Origin: Chthonomonadales bacterium
GTDB lineage: Bacteria > Armatimonadota > Chthonomonadetes > Chthonomonadales > Chthonomonadaceae
DNA length: 21,374 bases
Direction of reading: 5' to 3'
Assembly: GCA_038217285.1 (NCBI GenBank)
Contig: JBBQPO010000078.1
Location: 1 to 21,374, forward strand
The notes under the pieces are model-generated. The model saw only the letters and a program-made list of their open reading frames with translations, searched no databases and was not told the origin of the DNA. The position numbers and the translations under genes are program-made. Shown one piece after another: positions 17,673 to 21,374 of the stretch (the stretch's first letter is position 1; every line of letters starts with the position of its first letter).

Positions 17673-18689
17673 ACGGAAGCCACGTCCTTTCTGATTTTCA
17701 GGCTGCGTTCTTCCCGTTATGCGGTGGAGGCGTCGGCTGTGCGTGAGATCGTGCCGTTACCCGAGATCGTCCCGCTGGAGGAGACTCCGCACTACGTCGT
17801 CGGCGTTTTCGACCTGCGTGGGCGGATCGTGCCGGTCATCGACCTCAATCTGCGTTTTGGACACTCGCCGCAGCGCTGTCGCCTGGAGGACTGCGTCATT
17901 GTACTGGAGCGGGCAGGAAGCGCCATCGGCCTCCTCGTCAACGAGGTGCAAAACGTGCGTGATGTCACGCCCGAGCAGCGGTCGCCCGTGCCCCTATACG
18001 AGGCGGAAGCGCCCTCCGAACTCCCCTTCCTCGTTGGCCTGGTAAAGTCGGGCGAGCAGGTGGTGATGCTGCTCCACCTGGAGAATCTGCTCTCTCTTGC
18101 GCAGAGCCTGAAAGCGTCGAGCGAAGCGGGGGAGAGCCTGCAGCCCGTCCTATCGGACGTTTTCTGCCCCGATGCCGCTCCGGAGGAGAGGGCGATATTC
18201 CGTGAGCGCGCCCGTAGTCTGGCCCGACCGCTGGAGAGCCAGGAGCAGGGCGGCCTGTTGTCACTGGCCGTGGTACGCCTGGGGGAGGAGTTCTTCGGCA
18301 TCGAGTTACAGGCGATCCGGGAGTTCACCGAACTGCGCAGCGTGACACCGGTGCCCTGCTGTCCAGCGCATATCGTCGGCCAGATGAACCTGCGCGGCGA
18401 TCTCATTACGATCATAGATATCGCCGGAACGCTGGGGCTGCCGTCGGCACAGGAGCGGGCGCGTCGCAATGTCGTCGTGGTGAACAGTGCTGATCTGGGA
18501 GCCGGTGTGCTCGTCGATGCGCTGCTCGATGTGCTCTATCTGCCCACAACGGATGTGATGCCCGTCCGCACGGATGGCCAGACCTATCTTCGGGGCACAG
18601 CCTCGTATGGATCGCAGATGCTGAGCCTGCTCGATCTGCCCGGCCTGTTGATGCAGGATACTCTTCAAGTAAACGAGAAGCCATCATGA
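17673..18689 (+). CDS. cheW: tandem two-domain CheW adaptor; start codon anomalous
   Basis: Two CheW domains ([34 protein letters not shown]). The first beta strand FLIFRL lies upstream of the first canonical start (GTG 17724), so 17673 (ACG) is used. Confidence 0.88.
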   Translation, partial: TEATSFLIFRLRSSRYAVEASAVREIVPLPEIVPLEETPHYVVGVFDLRGRIVPVIDLNLRFGHSPQRCRLEDCVIVLERAGSAIGLLVNEVQNVRDVTPEQRSPVPLYEAEAPSELPFLVGLVKSGEQVVMLLHLENLLSLAQSLKASSEAGESLQPVLSDVFCPDAAPEERAIFRERARSLARPLESQEQGGLLSLAVVRLGEEFFGIELQAIREFTELRSVTPVPCCPAHIVGQMNLRGDLITIIDIAGTLGLPSAQERARRNVVVVNSADLGAGVLVDALLDVLYLPTTDVMPVRTDGQTYLRGTASYGSQMLSLLDLPGLLMQDTLQVNEKPS

Positions 18690-20179
18690 ATGTACGCTAC
18701 TGGAAAATCCGGACGAAGTTGACCCTGCTGCTGCTGGCCTTTGTGGTGGCGGTCGGCACCTATGCCGCCCTCTCCTACAACACGCGCCAACAACTGCAGA
18801 TAGACGGCCCTTACGTGGACAGCATTCTCCGCACACGGCAACTGCTGGCGGAGATCGCACCGTCGCCTCTGAATCTCAGCGAGGCCTTTCTGGCAGCCCG
18901 GCAGTTGGCGGCAAGCACGGACGGCGCACAGCGCAGCGCACTCATTCAGAAGCTGCGCGCTCTGCGGCAGTCTTACGACGCGACCCATACCCGTTGGCAG
19001 CAAGCGCTCTCTGCCGACTCCCACGACACCTTGAAGCAGGCGTTGCTGGTGAAGGCGCATGACCCTGCGATACGCTTCTTCGACGCGATAGAAAAACAGC
19101 TCTTTCCGGCGGTTCTGGCAGGCGACCGGAACAGAACGGCGGCGCTGTTGGCGGGAGCTTTGCAGCAGGACTATAACGAACATCAGCAGGGAATCGATGA
19201 GGCGGTCGGACTGACGACAGCCGAGAACACGGAGCGTAAGCAGGAGGCGGAAGCGCTGATTCACTCCCGAGGGCTGTTGCAGTGGGGCTTCCTGGTGGGA
19301 GTCGTCGTGCTCTTCGGTCTGCTGCTGGGACCGCTGATCAATCGCTCGATCACCCATCCGCTCCAGCAGACCGTGAACGCCCTCTCCACGACCTGCGTGG
19401 AGCTCGCGACGACCATCGAGGAGCATGAGCGCACCGCTATGAGCCAGTCGGCGGCGGTGAATCAGACAACCACGGCCATGGACGAGTTGGACGCCTCTTT
19501 CAACCAGACGGCAGAGGTGGTGAAGGCCGCTGCCGACAGAGTACAGCAGTCCGTGGCGGTGGCAAACGAAGGCATAAAAACGGTGCGGCAGATGCAGGAG
19601 GGGATGCTCGACCTGAAAGAGAAGGTGGGCACCACTGTTGCGGGTCAGATTCTGAAACTGAGCGAACAGACGGCGCAGATCAGCACTATCACCAATCAGG
19701 TCGGTGATCTGGCGATCCAGACCAATATGCTCGCGCTCAACGCGGCGGTGGAAGCGGCCCGTGCTGGCGAACACGGAAAGGGCTTCGCGGTTATCGCCGC
19801 CGAAATTCGCAAGCTGGCCGATGCGAGCCGGAAGTCTGCCGAGCGTATCAACGCGCTCGTGGACGATATTCAGAAGGCGACCAATGCCACGGTGATGGCC
19901 ACCGAAGAGAGCACCAAGACGGTGGAGCAAGCGATTCAACGCGCGCGGGCGACGGTGGATGCCTTCAACGAGCTCAAAGATGCCAGCAATGTCGCCGCCG
20001 ACACGGCGCAGCAGACACTATTGAGCGTCCCGCAACAGGTCACCGCCGTCAAGCAGGTCCTCGAATCCATGGACGCGCTAAATACGGGATCTCGGGAGAC
20101 CGCCGGCGCTATCGGCCAGAGTCGCACCGGCATCGAGACCTTGCGGGAGGCCGTGGCCCAGCTCAGGTCTACGATCTGA
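18686..20179 (+). CDS. methyl-accepting chemotaxis protein (2 TM, helical extracytoplasmic sensor)
   Basis: Hairpin-tip motif [37 protein letters not shown]; two TM segments; ATGA overlap with cheW. Confidence 0.95.
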   Translation: MNVRYWKIRTKLTLLLLAFVVAVGTYAALSYNTRQQLQIDGPYVDSILRTRQLLAEIAPSPLNLSEAFLAARQLAASTDGAQRSALIQKLRALRQSYDATHTRWQQALSADSHDTLKQALLVKAHDPAIRFFDAIEKQLFPAVLAGDRNRTAALLAGALQQDYNEHQQGIDEAVGLTTAENTERKQEAEALIHSRGLLQWGFLVGVVVLFGLLLGPLINRSITHPLQQTVNALSTTCVELATTIEEHERTAMSQSAAVNQTTTAMDELDASFNQTAEVVKAAADRVQQSVAVANEGIKTVRQMQEGMLDLKEKVGTTVAGQILKLSEQTAQISTITNQVGDLAIQTNMLALNAAVEAARAGEHGKGFAVIAAEIRKLADASRKSAERINALVDDIQKATNATVMATEESTKTVEQAIQRARATVDAFNELKDASNVAADTAQQTLLSVPQQVTAVKQVLESMDALNTGSRETAGAIGQSRTGIETLREAVAQLRSTI

Positions 20180-20191
20180 CGGAGGAACGTC

Positions 20192-20227
20192 ATGTGTAAC
20201 CGCCGTGAGTCAAAATGTCAACCATGA
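20192..20227 (+). CDS. candidate 11-aa mini-ORF (MCNRRESKCQP) translationally coupled to cheA
   Basis: GGAGG at 20181-20185, 6 nt before ATG 20192. Its TGA (20225-20227) overlaps the cheA ATG at 20224. Confidence 0.35.
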   Translation: MCNRRESKCQP

Positions 20228-21374
20228 TCGATGACCCGGAACTTCGTGCGCTGTTCAAAGCCGAAAGCGAAGAACATCTGCAGACGTTAGAGAACGGGCT
20301 GCTCCGCCTGGAAGCGGAACCGCGCGATAGCGCCGTGCTGGAAGAGCTGTTCCGCAGCGCCCACAGCCTCAAGGGCGCGGCCCGGATGCTGGGCGTCGCC
20401 GGAGTGGAAACCCTGGCGCACCATTTCGAGGACGAACTCGGCGCGGCACGGCGTGGCCACCTGACGATGTCTTCGGCAACCGCAGACCGGCTCTACCACG
20501 GCCTGGACGCCATGCGGCGGCTGGCGCGGGAAGCCAGCGACGGGGAGGCCGCGCGGGTCGATATCCCACAGGTTCTCGCGCAGTTGCGCGGCGATCTCTC
20601 TCCCGCCGTATCCGCGCCGGACGACAGCACGGTACCGGACGGCGGAGTACCTGCTGGCGAAGTACCAGATATCGCTGCCGAGGAAGGCAGCACCACGTTG
20701 CTGCACCTCTCGGGGAGCGAGCAGGGCGCTGCCCGGCAGCAACCGGAACAGACCGGCGTTCTGTCGGAGATGCTCGGAGAGGCGCAGCCTCCTGCCGCTC
20801 TTCCGCCCCTGCGGGAACTCCCGCAGAATGAGCCGACGGCCCCGGCCGAGGAGCCACCCTCCGTCGGGAGCGAATCGGTTCCCGCTTTCGATGAGGTGCA
20901 GGCGCTGCCCTCACCGACCGTATTTCAGATTGCAACCCTCCGCGTGGAGCCGCAAAAACTGGACGCGCTGATGACGCTGGCTGGAGAGATGGCCGTAAAC
21001 ACCACGCGCCTGACGCGCGCCCTGGCCTTGATCCCCGACCTGATGGCCCTGTGGGAGGAGTGGGGTCGTGATGCTGCCGCGTGGCGTGCGGTGGCGGATG
21101 TTCCGTCGGACGGCTCGGCCGGCGGCGCACGCCCTGGAATCCGGGAACAGCGGGACGGTTTCCATGAGCGCGAGACGAGGCGGCTGGAGCGACTGGGGCA
21201 GTTGCTGGGCCGACTGGAACGGACGAGCGAGGCCGGAATCACGCGCCTGGGCCTGGTGTCGGACGCACTGGACGAAGCGATCCGCAGCATGCGCCTCCTG
21301 CCGTTCTCCACGATCTTCAACCTGTTTCCCCGCCTGATACGGGATTTGAGCCAGGAGCAGGAGAAAGAGGTGCA
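20224..21374 (+). CDS. cheA: chemotaxis histidine kinase CheA, 5' part, running off the window
   Basis: Manual translation: Hpt LFKAESEEHL...ELFRSAHSLKGAARMLG, long Pro/Glu linker, dimerisation TLRVEPQKLDALMTLAGE, and MRLLPFSTIFNLFPRLIRDL. Alternative in-frame ATG at 20215. Confidence 0.95.
   Translation, partial: MIDDPELRALFKAESEEHLQTLENGLLRLEAEPRDSAVLEELFRSAHSLKGAARMLGVAGVETLAHHFEDELGAARRGHLTMSSATADRLYHGLDAMRRLAREASDGEAARVDIPQVLAQLRGDLSPAVSAPDDSTVPDGGVPAGEVPDIAAEEGSTTLLHLSGSEQGAARQQPEQTGVLSEMLGEAQPPAALPPLRELPQNEPTAPAEEPPSVGSESVPAFDEVQALPSPTVFQIATLRVEPQKLDALMTLAGEMAVNTTRLTRALALIPDLMALWEEWGRDAAAWRAVADVPSDGSAGGARPGIREQRDGFHERETRRLERLGQLLGRLERTSEAGITRLGLVSDALDEAIRSMRLLPFSTIFNLFPRLIRDLSQEQEKEV

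Overview
GC-rich bacterial chromosomal window; gene style suggests Armatimonadota or a similar lineage, but this is only an impression. From left to right it holds a partial membrane-protein gene and a LolA-like gene (-); a CE4 deacetylase, a 1229-aa GH18/CE4/GT2 polysaccharide-synthase fusion and a YdeN-like hydrolase (+); and a ROK glucokinase (-). A visibly AT-richer accessory patch follows (~7550-9550). It carries a complete minus-strand transcription unit (consensus promoter, orphan coiled-coil/wHTH gene, XRE-like HTH gene, terminator) with a candidate ~100-nt antisense RNA in its intergenic spacer. The patch also holds a decayed hsdR fragment and a decayed duplicate of the rhlE 3' end plus TA promoter. 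After it come an intact vapC/antitoxin pair, the DEAD-box helicase rhlE, several small enzymes (AlkZ-related protein, SAM methyltransferase, HAD, GNAT, PhyH) and the start of a Wsp/ACF-type chemosensory operon (cheR-TPR, double cheW, MCP, cheA). The best candidate for an undescribed system is the putative antisense-RNA-controlled translational switch at 7645-8713. Other oddities are a cheW lacking a canonical start codon, a mini-ORF coupled to cheA, and a recurring sigma-H-like promoter motif. All calls were made by eye, without database searches.
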